From Octopus vulgaris (Eukaryota), in contig OX597825.1 of assembly GCA_951406725.2 (NCBI GenBank), positions 8,060,001 to 8,124,000 on the forward strand: DNA of 64,000 nt, in the 5' to 3' direction. Both the position numbers and the translations under genes were made by a program. The notes under the pieces were generated by a model. That model did not search any database and was not told where the DNA came from. It worked only from the letters and a program-made list of their open reading frames with translations. Positions 31,811 to 44,900 of this stretch are shown here, one piece after another; position 1 is the stretch's first letter; each line of letters starts with the position of its first letter.

Positions 31811-33049
31811 CATATACACACGCACACATATATATGAATTCTTTCGATACGGTTTCAATAAACGCAAATATAAACAAAACATAAAAATACTTGAGTATTA
31901 TGTGTGTGTTTGCGTATGTGTATATGTGTATATGTATGTGCTTGCGTGATTGTGTACGTATGCACGCGAATGTGCATGTAAGTGTGCATATGTGGACACA
32001 CTCAGTGCCGGGTGCGTAGGAGCAAACGTTTATGCTGAGAAAGAACTGTGATTGAAAGAGAAAGAGAGGTGGAGAGAAAGAAACAGAGGGGGAGAAAAGA
32101 GAGGAGAGTCGAATACTTACATATGCATATTTATGTGATGCTTATGCTCGTAGCAAATAAACAATCACATCTGTATGTTTTTCTGTGTGTATATACTTGT
32201 TTCTCAGTTTATGTGTTTGTGTTTGTGTGTGTGTGATTGTGTCTATATAAAGTCCTCTTAAAAACTTTGAAGAATCTATTCGTTCGTCGCTCCTGAAGCA
32301 TTCGTTGTGTTTTTAATATTTATTTCGCATCTTGAAAGCTGCCTGTGGTTTGTGCTTCTCCTCTGAGTAAAGTATACATTGATCTGAAATAAAACTATGA
32401 TTATTCGGATATCATCGCTTACTGAAGCGCATTCTTTATTTAATCAATGATATATTGCGTGTGAAAAAGGAAACAAAATTTGCGTCTACAGATTACAGTT
32501 GGGTTAGAATTCATTCCAGCGTCAAAATGCATAAAATTTCGTGAGTGTAAACCTGGCGTATATCGTTGTGAATTTTACATTATAGAACCAACAAACTGGT
32601 GGCAAGAATTCTAAGGTAGAAGATGCAGGAAACGGTTGTGTGTTGTCGTAAGTATCAAACACATCAATAACCTATTTACATATTTTGCTGCTTAAAATAG
32701 GAAGTAAAATCAGACTTTTGCTGTATTGGAAAGAACTGAAAATAAGAACAAATATCCGTCAAATGTACATAATTCCTCGCCTCTTAAATGTAAAACTGTT
32801 CAAGATTTTCGTCAACAATATTTTCCCATAAGAATAATTAATACATGTCCTTGAGGGTGAGCGCAAGCATGTATATAAGGATATTGTAAATCTGTTTATT
32901 GTTCAAATATTGTTCCATAACTTGGTCTAATATAGATTTTCATCGTCTGACTTTGATACCTACTATTTACTTCTTCGGACGTCATTTTTACGCAAACCAT
33001 ATTTTGAGGATTATCTTTTACCAGCTGTAATCTATAAATATAATTGCGT

Positions 33050-33205
33050 ATATATTAATAATGCATAGCTTCTTCATCATCCTATTCAAATTATCATAAT
33101 ATTAGCCAGCTTTGCAGTAATCGACCTATGGCTGGAAAATGATCTATCAAAGTTGATGACAACAGTAAGCAGCGTAAGAAATAGGATAAAAATAATCAGA
33201 TTAAA
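33050..33205. repeat. Dispersed repeat of about 155 bp, copy 1 (copy 2 at 37841-37995)
   Basis: Shared segments CTTCTTCATCA..CTATTCAAATTA..TCGACCTATGGCTGGA..TTGATGACAA.AGTAAGCAG. Confidence 0.8.
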
Positions 33206-33328
33206 AAAGAAAATGGAGAATTTGATAACAAATATACTCGACTGCATTTTAGAATGAGGTGATAATGCGTGGATTCTTTCAAATTACGAATCTTGTTTTA
33301 TTACGAGATACTTCTCACAATACAGCAA

Positions 33329-33940
<612 letters not shown>

Positions 33941-34205
33941 GAAATTATTGTTTTACAGTGCTCAGGTGCACCACAACCTGTCAAAAGTGCGTATAAAGCA
34001 TATGCAGTAATGTACAAATGTCTGGAAAGTGAACAGTGTATGAGTCAGATACATGCTTGCGTGTGTATGGAGGGCAGAAAATCCGGTGTAGTGTTGGCGA
34101 ATCTCAGGCAGCATGGAAGTTTTTGAAGGACGCAGTGCTCCGACAACTAACAACTGATGCCGGCAGTTTGTTCCATGCTTCAGCAACTCTTAGCATGAAA
34201 AAAAA
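33941..34205 (-). mobile_element. CR1-group LINE 3' end with (ATT)n tail
   Basis: Minus strand reads FFMLRVAEAWNKLPASVVSCRSTASFK, matching the CR1/L2 C-terminal FF..RV...WN.LP..VV.....FK motif. Confidence 0.85.
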
Positions 34206-34260
34206 TATATGGACCGCTTCACAAATTTGCGTGTCATCTTTGCGCAGGGTCCATGCTAAT
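34198..34260 (-). pseudogene. U6: U6 snRNA 3'-half retrocopy fused to a LINE 3' end
   Basis: Minus strand ATTAGCATGGACCCTGCGCAAAGATGACACGCAAATTTGTGAAGCGGTCCATATATTTTTTTT versus canonical U6 ATTAGCATGGCCCCTGCGCAAGGATGACACGCAAATTCGTGAAGCGTTCCATATTTTT: 4 substitutions plus a TA insertion. Confidence 0.92.
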
Positions 34261-34619
34261 AACGATAGCTATAAAAGAATGAAATCGGTATGTTGAGTGT
34301 CTCCAAGTACTAGTGATAATTAATTGACGGCAAAATTCTCTAGTACTTCTAGTTACCCCGGAAGAAACCAAAACACAACCGGGGCCTTTGTGTGGATGTA
34401 TTTAGTTACCACTGAAATTATTGTGTAAATCTGTAGTCCGGCTCCTTTAAATTCACAACCACCCAGTCACAACCTCAGTGACCAATGACATAATAGGTTA
34501 AGCAAGAACTTATTTTGACATAATTCATATTGTCGTAAAGGAAAAAGCATGCTGTCCTTCCCTTATTCTCTCGCAATCGCTCTCTGTATATCTATCTATC
34601 TACCTATCTTTTCATCCAC

Positions 34620-34990
<371 letters not shown>

Positions 34991-35846
34991 CTTATACATC
35001 TATATTTCATTTCAGATATATCCGATTAGATTGAAATAATCATTTACCGATACCTATACATATGCTCCAATGTTTAAGTGACAACACAAGAAAGAACATG
35101 TAGAAGTCATACATATCTGCACGTCGGGTATAGACTCAATTACCTACACACACACACACACACACAGAGACACATACACACATAACTGTTTGTGTAGGTA
35201 CACTGATGTTGGGAAGAACAGTTCTAAACAGAAGAGACACGCACACACTGGCAAACAGTGAAAATTCCAAGAAAGACATGTAAACACATAGGCAAGCAAA
35301 TAATACAAACCAAGCGTAGTCACGTAACTATACTCATTATATACACTCACACATTAACATAGATATCTCAGGTTACAGGCACAAATCATACACAAAAACT
35401 GCAAACATCAGAAAAAAAATCTCGTGAACGAAGAAAATCAATATTACTCTTGTACATCACTCACCAACTCACATACGTATGCGTTTGTATGTGTATGTGC
35501 GTGTTTGTGCTGGTGTATATATATATTTGTGTATATGTATGTTTAGGTGTATGAGAAACATATATGAACAGACATACATAAACATTAAAACAACAGAAGC
35601 AACTTTAAAAATCGTTAACTTGTATTGCGTAAAAAAAACTATTTTATGTTCTGTGGTTAAGGGACAGCCAGCCTTTAATTTAGATTTTCTCTCTTTTTGC
35701 TATTTAACAAGGTCTCTATCTTTTTGTTTTTTAAATCATGTGCCGAAACAATAAGACTCATGCACGCAAATTATATTTTTGTCTTTTTTTTATATTTGTA
35801 AATGAAATATTCATGATGGAACAGCTTCGATTGTATTCTCTTTCAG

Positions 35847-35889
35847 TAACGTTGAAAAACCACTTCTATAGCATTTCAACAGTTCCCAG
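35847..35889 (+). other. Possible 43-nt exon
   Basis: Acceptor-like TATTCTCTTTCAG| and donor-like CAG|GTGAGT, with one open frame (TLKNHFYSISTVP). No other support. Confidence 0.2.
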
Positions 35890-36329
35890 GTGAGTTTATT
35901 CCCCGGCAAACAGTCCTCAATAGAAATAGTCGTCCGGTTGCACGAAAACAAAAGCTTTACTTCAAATTTTTATTCATCACATCTAAATAATAAAGAAATA
36001 ATGACTGTACAACCTGTTAGCTCTCAGAATGAAATTTCGTCTGAGTGAATGCTTCAACAAGGCATTTAACTGTAATTATCTTAATCAAGTGTCGGATGTT
36101 ATGCGTAGCAGTTGTAATAAACCCACTTTGTTTGAATGCTTAATCGAAATAAAGCAGTAATTTTTACCTACTCTCCTTATTTTTTGCTTTCTTTCCGTGC
36201 TGATCAATGTGTCTTATATCGGAATGGTTGGCACTTCTACTTCTTTCACGAAGATTTGATTCTACTATATTCCTTTAAAATGAAAGAACGTCATACTGGT
36301 GGCACTGGTGTAGTGACATCAACGAGCCG

Positions 36330-36556
36330 TTTCTTATTTCTTTACTATACACAGGGGGCTAAACAAACAAGGACAAACAAAGGGATTAAGTCGATTATAT
36401 CGACTCCAGAGCGTAACTGGTACTTAATTTATCGACCTCGAAAGGATGAAAAGCAAAGTCGACCTCGGCGGAATTTGAACTCAGAACGTAACGGCAGCCG
36501 AAATACCGCAAAGCATTTCGCCCGACGTGCTAACGTTTCCACCAGTTTACTGCCTT
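36330..36556 (-). mobile_element. SINE family B
   Basis: Reverse-complement match to 49358-49588. Confidence 0.85.
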
Positions 36557-37432
36557 ATATCAATGAGCAGTTTCTTTAACTCTAAATATCTTGTCTCAGA
36601 CTATAACAGAAAGATGAACAATTTTCTATTCACAAGCTGCTATGACGATGTCTTCAAATGTTTAGTCGACGGGACACGAAGCAAGAATCGAAGAACGATG
36701 TACTCGTATATTCAAAGTGCTGACAGTTTGAATTTGCTTTCTCTTATTTTGTATGTCCCCCATGAAAGAACCTCATTTACATATTACCTTGTACATTACT
36801 CCGATATATTTGTTCACAGCTGTAATGATGGCCTGATTCATATTTCAAAATACATTCTCCTCGAGAGTTCGAAGTATACCAGCGTGAAGGTTTTCAAATT
36901 TAATATAAGTAAGACTACAACACATTAATGTAGATTATGATTTATTATTTGTTGTTATATTACTAATTATTTAGTGAACGTCATATCATGCTCTTGAGTA
37001 AAGTTTCATTTACTTTTTATACGTGTTTGAAATTTTCAACGAAACTTCCAGTATTAAAATCTATAACGAACAACTGATATAATGGTGTTTGATTTATGAT
37101 GAATATAAAATAGTGAAACCTAAATGTCGTTGAGGAAATGTATTTAACTCAGTGGTTTCCCAGTTGAATCAGAAGGTTTCAACGTAAATGGAAAATCAAT
37201 TGTACAAAGTCTATGAATTATTAATATTTTTTTTTTCTTTTTATCCTCAGGCGAGTAAAATATTTTACTGTAATATAATAGTCTTACTTTGATATCGAAT
37301 GTTGTTGTAAGTGGAAATATATCCGGTTAGCAAATTCAATGACCACGTCCAGAATATTACTGGTGTATACTCTATGAATAATACTGATGTACACAGGTAT
37401 ATATATTGCAGTGTATATATAATGGTGAGTGT

Positions 37433-37840
37433 AGGCGTAGGAGTGGCTGAGTGGTAAGTAGCTTGCTTACGAACCACATGGTTCCGGGTTCAGTCCCACT
37501 GCGTGACACCTTGGACAAGTGTTTTTACTATAGCCTCTGGCCGACCAAAGCATTGTGAGAGGATTTGGTAGACGGAAACTGAAAGAAGCCCGTCGAATAT
37601 ATATATATATATATGTGTGTGTGCATGTGTTTGTGTATCTGTGTTTGCCCCCCAACTCCAACAACGCTTGGCAACCGATGCTGGTATGTTTATGTCCCCG
37701 TAACTTAGCAGTTCAGCATAAGAGACTGATAGAATAAGTACTACGCTTACAAAGAATAAGTCCTGGGGTCGATTTGCTCGACTAAAGGCAGTGCTCCAGC
37801 ATGGCCACAACCCCAAATGACTGAAACAAGTAAAAGAGTA
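37433..37840 (+). mobile_element. SINE family A
   Basis: Match to family A. Confidence 0.9.
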
Positions 37841-37995
37841 TATATTAATATTGCATATCTTCTTCATCAGTCTATTCAAATTAGCATAATCTTTGCCATC
37901 GTTGTAATTATCGACCTATGGCTGGATATTATATATTAACATTGATGACAAGAGTAAGCAGAGTAAAAAAATAAGATAAAATAAGCAGATTAGAT
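37841..37995. repeat. Dispersed repeat of about 155 bp, copy 2
   Basis: Homologous to 33050-33205; abuts the SINE 3' end. Confidence 0.8.
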
Positions 37996-38399
37996 ATATT
38001 ACTGGTATTTATGTATCACAGAGTCATGGGAACACTATTTTGGCCCGAAATTATACAAACACATAGTTCAATGTCAATATTATTATGTCATAGCTTTTTC
38101 CCATAAAAACGTTCAGCAGATTACCCACATCTCTGTCGGACTGTATATGTAAGTAAAACTTCTCATATACCGCAAGATGTTTAACGAACAATACGAAATT
38201 TTATCTGTCTCAGCCCCTCTGAGTGTTACGCGACGAGATCGTTAATGTCCCCAACATCAAACTCGAGGCTCAGACTCGAAGCCCTCGAAGTCTCGGATAC
38301 GCAGTCTCGCCACAATTTCTTCCATGGCTAGAATTCAGCGACACTCGCGGGGCCATTCGCCTAACCTCGGTCTTTGTTTGATCCACGACTGCAGTTCGG

Positions 38400-38630
38400 C
38401 TAGATAGACAGGCAGACATATAGACAGACAGACAGACAGACAGATAGAAAGACAGACAGATAGAGAGGGAGATAGATAGACAGATAGACAGACAAATAGG
38501 TAGATAGATAGAAAGACAGACGGACGGACGGACATACGGACGGATGGATGGATTGACAGATAGATGGAGAGATTGTAGAGACAGACAGACAGACATATGC
38601 ATAGATAGATGGATAGATGAATAGATTTAA
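38400..38630. repeat. (GACA)/(GATA)/(GACG)n tetranucleotide tract
   Basis: Directly visible. Confidence 0.9.
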
Positions 38631-39606
38631 AACGCAGACTGATATACTCCTAGAGACAGAGAGAGAAAAAGAGAGTGAGGTGTGGTAATAATCTCTCATA
38701 GATAAAACGTATTTTCTCCTAATTTATCAAATTCTAATAAAATAATAATAAAACATATGTGACTGCCAACTGAACTAAAGAAATATTAATTAAAACACAA
38801 TTAAACATTTAGGAAATGATACTATAATTAATAGAAAATCAGTTCTATTAACTATTTTGCTCTCTACGCAAAAGGAATTGAGACAGCGATTGAAAAATGA
38901 TGAACGTATATAAAGCCATCTGATGGACAAGATGAAATTGGATACCTTGAGGAATTCAACCTCTCTTAGAACAATGTTCATGGGCAATCTCTTGAAACAG
39001 TCATTCTTCATTGAAACTATTCTAGTGCAAACACAAAGCTTCTACTTAAGAATAACATATCAGCTTATTATATCGATTCAGGAAACGCAAAACAGGCTGG
39101 AAATAATATATATATAAAAAAAGACAAGAGAAAAATAAACGCAAGGAAGAATAACATTTTTGATGTTGCCATCTTAGCCCAGAGCAACGGTGGCAAATGT
39201 GTGCAACCAAAATAATTTGAAACGTGAATTTGCAAAATTATATGCTCCTTATCTTTACACACACCGCCAACCATATCTGCATAATTATGAACGTATTCAT
39301 CTGTCTGTAATTCATACTAGCCCCTAGAGATTTTGCTGTCATTACAAGCCTTCTAAAAAAAATAAAACCGATTATCTTCGTTGGATTAAGCGAAGTGGCA
39401 CCATTTTATACAATGCAGAAATGAAACTTTGAGAAGTAACAGAAATTCAGCTTCTGGGATTACTATTATATGTACCATGACTAGACAAGATATAGGGGTC
39501 AACTTATTATAGGCCACAGAACTATGAAGTGAATTTCCAGTGCACCTTTCAACTGAAACAAAATTTGTATTAATTTTATAAACAGTTTTTTATAAATTTT
39601 ATAAAT

Positions 39607-39772
39607 AGGCGCAGAAGTGGCTGTGTGGTAAGTAGCTTGCTTACCAAACACATGGTTCTGGGTTCAGTTCCACTGCCTAGCACCTTGGGCAAGTGTCTTC
39701 TACTATATCCTCGGGCCGACCAAAGCCTTGTGAGTGGATTTGGTAGTGGGAAACTGGAAGATGCATGTCGTA

Positions 39773-39848
<76 letters not shown>

Positions 39849-40077
39849 TATATATATATGTATGTGTGTGTATATGTTTGTGTGTCTGTGTTTGTCTCCC
39901 CAACATCGCTTGACAACCGATGTTGGCGTACTTATGCCCTCGTAAACACACCAAAGAGACCGATAGAATAAGTACTAGGCTTGCAAACAATAAGTCCTGG
40001 GATCGATTTGCTCGACTAAAAGTGGTGCTCCAGCATGGCAGTAGTCAAATGACTTAAACAAGTAAAAGAGTAAAGAG
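39607..40077 (+). mobile_element. SINE family A
   Basis: Match to family A. Confidence 0.9.
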
Positions 40078-41885
40078 CAAAGTGTAAGAGGTTAGGACAA
40101 TTTATACGTAAAGAGTATAGAGTTCCTAGGATCACAAATATACTACAACATCAGTGCCTAAAAAACTACGATAATAGCAAAAAATTATTAAAACAAAGAT
40201 TTGCTGCTATCACTACAGACTATTAGAATCACACAGAAAATAAGAGGAGAACCAGATCAATGAATTCTAACTCTGAAATCATAAACAATATGGATGGCAA
40301 ACAAAGCAATAAACAAAACTGAGATGGACGTACTACCATTAGAAGAGCGAACAGTAACTGATTAGGAACAAACGATAATAATGAGAGAAGAATACAAACA
40401 GTTGAATGGGTACTTAACAACTAATTTTAAACAAATCTTTAGCATTTACTTTAATAAGAAATTTCATGAGAGAACAATTATCTCAAGAATCAATAGAAAA
40501 ACCGACTGACCACCTAACAATATCCGTGATGCACGAACCAGCTGAAGAACAATTAGCACAGATTAAAAATGTCAAGTTTTGGACATTGAATATTCCGCCA
40601 TATTTTACTACATTTAACACTCACCAACAGAACGGAGTTGCGGAGATCGATCGTAGTGAGAGGAAACAGCCAAAATAGGTTTACTTCTCTGCAGGAACAT
40701 ATCGTCAGACTCAGGAAAAATAGTGAACAATCAGACACTAACATTTAAAAAAGAAAAATCAATTCTGGAATAACCATTTGCAACTTTCTGATAGATTATC
40801 TAAAGTCTACGGGGAATATCGATATGAGACTTCAACGGGCAAGATAATTGTTGTTAAACATGAACTGCGATTGATAAGAACAGTTTCGTTGGAAAACAAC
40901 CTACTAACATGAAAATGTATCAATTGCAAGATTGATACAAAACCAAAGGCGGTATATCGCAAGATGAAAGACTGTACTAACAGGGTTGTGATCCCTTTTC
41001 CTGATGATCTACTGACATTTCAGTAGGGAGCTGGAATGCAAAACAATAAATACAGCCCTAAGGCAAAGCGATTAGATGAACAACGAAGTGAGTACTGTTC
41101 AAATGTCATCCACAAACTTACATTGACAGTGCAATTCTCTTAAGGCTTCTTGCAAAATGACCAAACTAGAAATCACCAGGGAGGGCCTTACAGTAGGTTG
41201 TTGATATAGAAAGCTCACATTTTACCAGTCAAGTCTCATTTTCAAATGAACAAATAATACTTAGATTGTAGTGCTGGCCTGGCTGGTAGTTGTACGTGGA
41301 ACGATGATAGATAAATAGCAGGAGAAAAACGTGGTCAAAACCTATAGGCTTATAACATGCTTGTATAGGATATACATAATAAAAAGATGCTTCAGTGAGA
41401 GCCTCTGGGATCAATGCAAGACGCACAGTGTAGTGACTGAATAGCAAGCGGGAGGAAGGAATGGGGTCGAGAGTTCTGTTCAAATTGTCATATGTTTAAA
41501 CCTATTCTTCATTCATTGATAATAGAGTCACTACATTTAGCTAAAATTACGACTGCTATATTCGATATCATAAATATACATAATTATATACACATCTACA
41601 CAGACACACACAGATATACACAATTACTTACTTATGCGCGTGTATGCATGTGCGTGAATAGCGTGAGTATGTGTATGCGTATATGTATGCGTATATGTAT
41701 GTATGTATATATATATATAGATATATAGATATATAGATATATATATATATATATATATACATACATATATACATATATATATATGTATATATATATATAG
41801 ATAGATAGATAGATAGATAGATACATAGATAGATAGATAGATAGATATATACATACATACATACATACATACATACATACATACA

Positions 41886-41917
<32 letters not shown>

Positions 41918-42860
41918 GATATGTTACAATTCAAAAACTACCCGTCTGTCCGATTCGTTATCTCAACGTAAATGTTGCGTACAGCGTGGACAACTCCGTG
42001 ATATCGTTAGCTTGCTTTCAGTGAATTTAGAAAAACAGATTGAAGAAAGAATTGGAAAATATATATTCTATACTTCGTCCTATCAAAAGGATATTCGAAA
42101 TTTAATAATATCAATACCTTTTCTATAATATAAGAATTGATGAATAGCAGTAAATGATTTTCTGCATAGATATAATCGAAATTTTCAAAAATTACCCGTC
42201 GAATATGAATCGCCAAACCAACTGATGAGAGGATTAAACAACCGTATGTAGGATACTCTTGATACTTACCCCACTCCAGTTTCCGTCACGTTTGCAAGGA
42301 TCCAATTTTACAACATTGCATGATCTAATTCATGCTTCTATCGCACTGATGAATGCAGGAAGGCAAGGAAGAAAAAAAAAGCACAAACACGAATAAAAAA
42401 AAAATAAAGGAATTTAAGCAATGAATCAGGATAATTACATGAACAATCCAGTTAATTAGTTGTATGCAAAAGGAAGGTTTTAGATTTCTGAAAATGGCTC
42501 GATGTCTTTAAATAGATACGACTCTCTGTCGGTGTAGCGATATGATATTTGGTCTGTTAAATGTCATAAATTCATGTGCGCTGCATGTAATTACATCATT
42601 AAAAAACGGCTTGGTTTCAGCATTTGGAAGCTGTGAGCAGAGAGTGATTTCGTGTCCATCACTCGATAGAATTTCAATAGATATACCACATAGCATTTCC
42701 AAGCCTAAAGGAGCTAATATCACAGCTCAGAAAACAGTCTTGGTATCTCTGTTTTTTCTGTGTTTGTTTATACTTGTGTATATGTGTAGGTTTATCTAGC
42801 GTCCTGCGGTTTAGATTTATAAGCTGTAAAATGGACATGATGTAACGCATAGGATTCTTT

Positions 42861-42917
<57 letters not shown>

Positions 42918-43097
42918 CAAGCATGAGTACTTAAAAACCTGTAATAATGCCAGCAGCTTGGTCTTTTATGTTCGCAATATTCTGCAGAAAAATATTATTT
43001 GTTAATTGTTAACGGTTTTCATTTCCCTTCCCGAAATTTTCATTTGATAGCGTCTATGTGTGCCTGAAGCGTTCAACACCTACATATAAATTCTAGT

Positions 43098-43243
43098 ACC
43101 TATTTCTTTACTACCCACAAGGGTCTAAACACAGAAGGGACAAACAAGGACAGACAAACGGATTAAGTCGATTATATCAACCCCAGTGCTTAACTGGTAC
43201 TTAATTTATCGACCCCGAAAGGATGAAAGGCAAAGTCGACCTC
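43098..43243 (-). mobile_element. SINE family B, 3' part
   Basis: CTGGTACTTAATTTATCGACCCCGAAAGGATGAAAGGC. Confidence 0.85.
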
Positions 43244-43402
43244 CCCCACATAAAAGATCACCACACAAACACACACAAACACGCGCACACACACACTCAC
43301 ACACACACACATATACGTATAAAACAATTCTCCCTGACGACAACACCCCCGAGGACAATTGCCCCCTTGGTCCATGGAAGGGTAAATGTACTAGACTCAT
43401 AT

Positions 43403-43619
43403 ACTTTTATTCTTTTATTTCTTTCAGTCATTTGACAGCGGCCATGCTAGAGCACCGCCTTTAGTCGAACAAACCGACCCCAGAACTTATTTTTGTAAAC
43501 CTAGTACTTATTCTATGGTTTTGTCTTGCTAAGTTACGGAGACGTAAACATGGCAACATCGGTTGTCAAGCGATGGTGGGGTGACAAACGCAGGCAAGCA
43601 AACACATAGACATATACAC

Positions 43620-43651
<32 letters not shown>

Positions 43652-43802
43652 GCGCCGGGCTTCTTTCAGTTTCAGTCTAACAAATTCATTCACAAGGCTT
43701 TGGTCGACTCAAGCCTATAATAGAAGTCATTTGCCCATGATGCCAGGAACTCGGAACCATGTGGTTGGTAAGCAAGCTACATACCACACAACCACTCCTG
43801 CG

Positions 43803-43805
<3 letters not shown>
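43403..43805 (-). mobile_element. SINE family A
   Basis: Reverse-complement match to family A. Confidence 0.85.
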
Positions 43806-43870
<65 letters not shown>

Positions 43871-43935
43871 TTATATTTATATATATATATCAATATAAAT
43901 ATATATATATATATTTATATATATATATATACATA

Positions 43936-43975
<40 letters not shown>

Positions 43976-44769
43976 CATATATATATATACACATACATAC
44001 ATATACATATTTATATAGGTATATATGCATATATATATGATATTTAGATTACTTAAAATATGTTCTGGCACGTTTTAACTTCTAAAGGCAGTTAATGTGG
44101 AGAAAACGTCTTTCTTTTGTTAAAAGTGCTAAAAGAACGTCCACGTGAGTGTAGAGAAACCACTTGCTAGGATAATGGTGTGATATTCTATCAAGGGGCC
44201 AAAAGAAGGTGGGGCAACTAACAACACCGGATCAACTATTGTAGCATAAGTTTCAAGGCTGTCTGCGACAACTTACTATGTTTAGCGAGATTTCGTATAT
44301 GAAAGAAAATGAAGCACCTTCTTGTTCCATATAAGCTGAAAGACTCTTCCTCAACAACGCAGCCGCCGTCCCAGAGTCTTTATCAATGGATGCTATTGCT
44401 GACACGAAGGAGTAAGAAACAGTCTATCAATCCAGCAAGCATCACTTAAGAAAAGAAGCCATCAGTTTGTCAAAGCTTGATATATGTCATGTTCATTAAA
44501 ACATATGCGCCTATATTCCATAACTCCTCAGTGGTACATGAGAAGTCATCTTACTAACGGATTGAAGTTCCCACGTTCTTATCATAGCAATGCTAGGGGC
44601 TTGTTCGGACAGTTTCTTCAGGTGGAGAAGAACTGGCTCGAGGTGAGGAGTAGAGCGGCCAGTCTCAGCCAAACATGAGGGTGAAAGCTATAACGGAAAG
44701 GTTGGAGAAGGGTGGTGAATGCTAATTTTACCTCCCTCATATGTGTTAAAAATGGGTTAAAAATATTTC

Positions 44770-44900
44770 CAATGAAACAACCTGGTCTAATATTAATTTC
44801 AAATCTTGTCAAAAAGCCAGCAATTTTACGGGAGGGGCAGGTCGATTACATTGACCTCAGTGCTCAGTTGACACTTAAAAGCAAAGACGGCTTCGGCGGA
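44770..44900 (-). mobile_element. Degenerate SINE family B remnant
   Basis: GGAGGGGCAGGTCGATTACATTGACCTCAGTGC and GCAAAGACGGCTTCGGCGGAA. Confidence 0.5.

Noticed and set aside
34261-34267. AACGATA next to the U6 fragment as an inverted U6 5' piece (twin priming)
   Set aside because: A 7-nt match is too short to distinguish from chance
40450-41470. Possible decayed LINE (KTYRLITC)
   Set aside because: Only one short motif, with no collinear support
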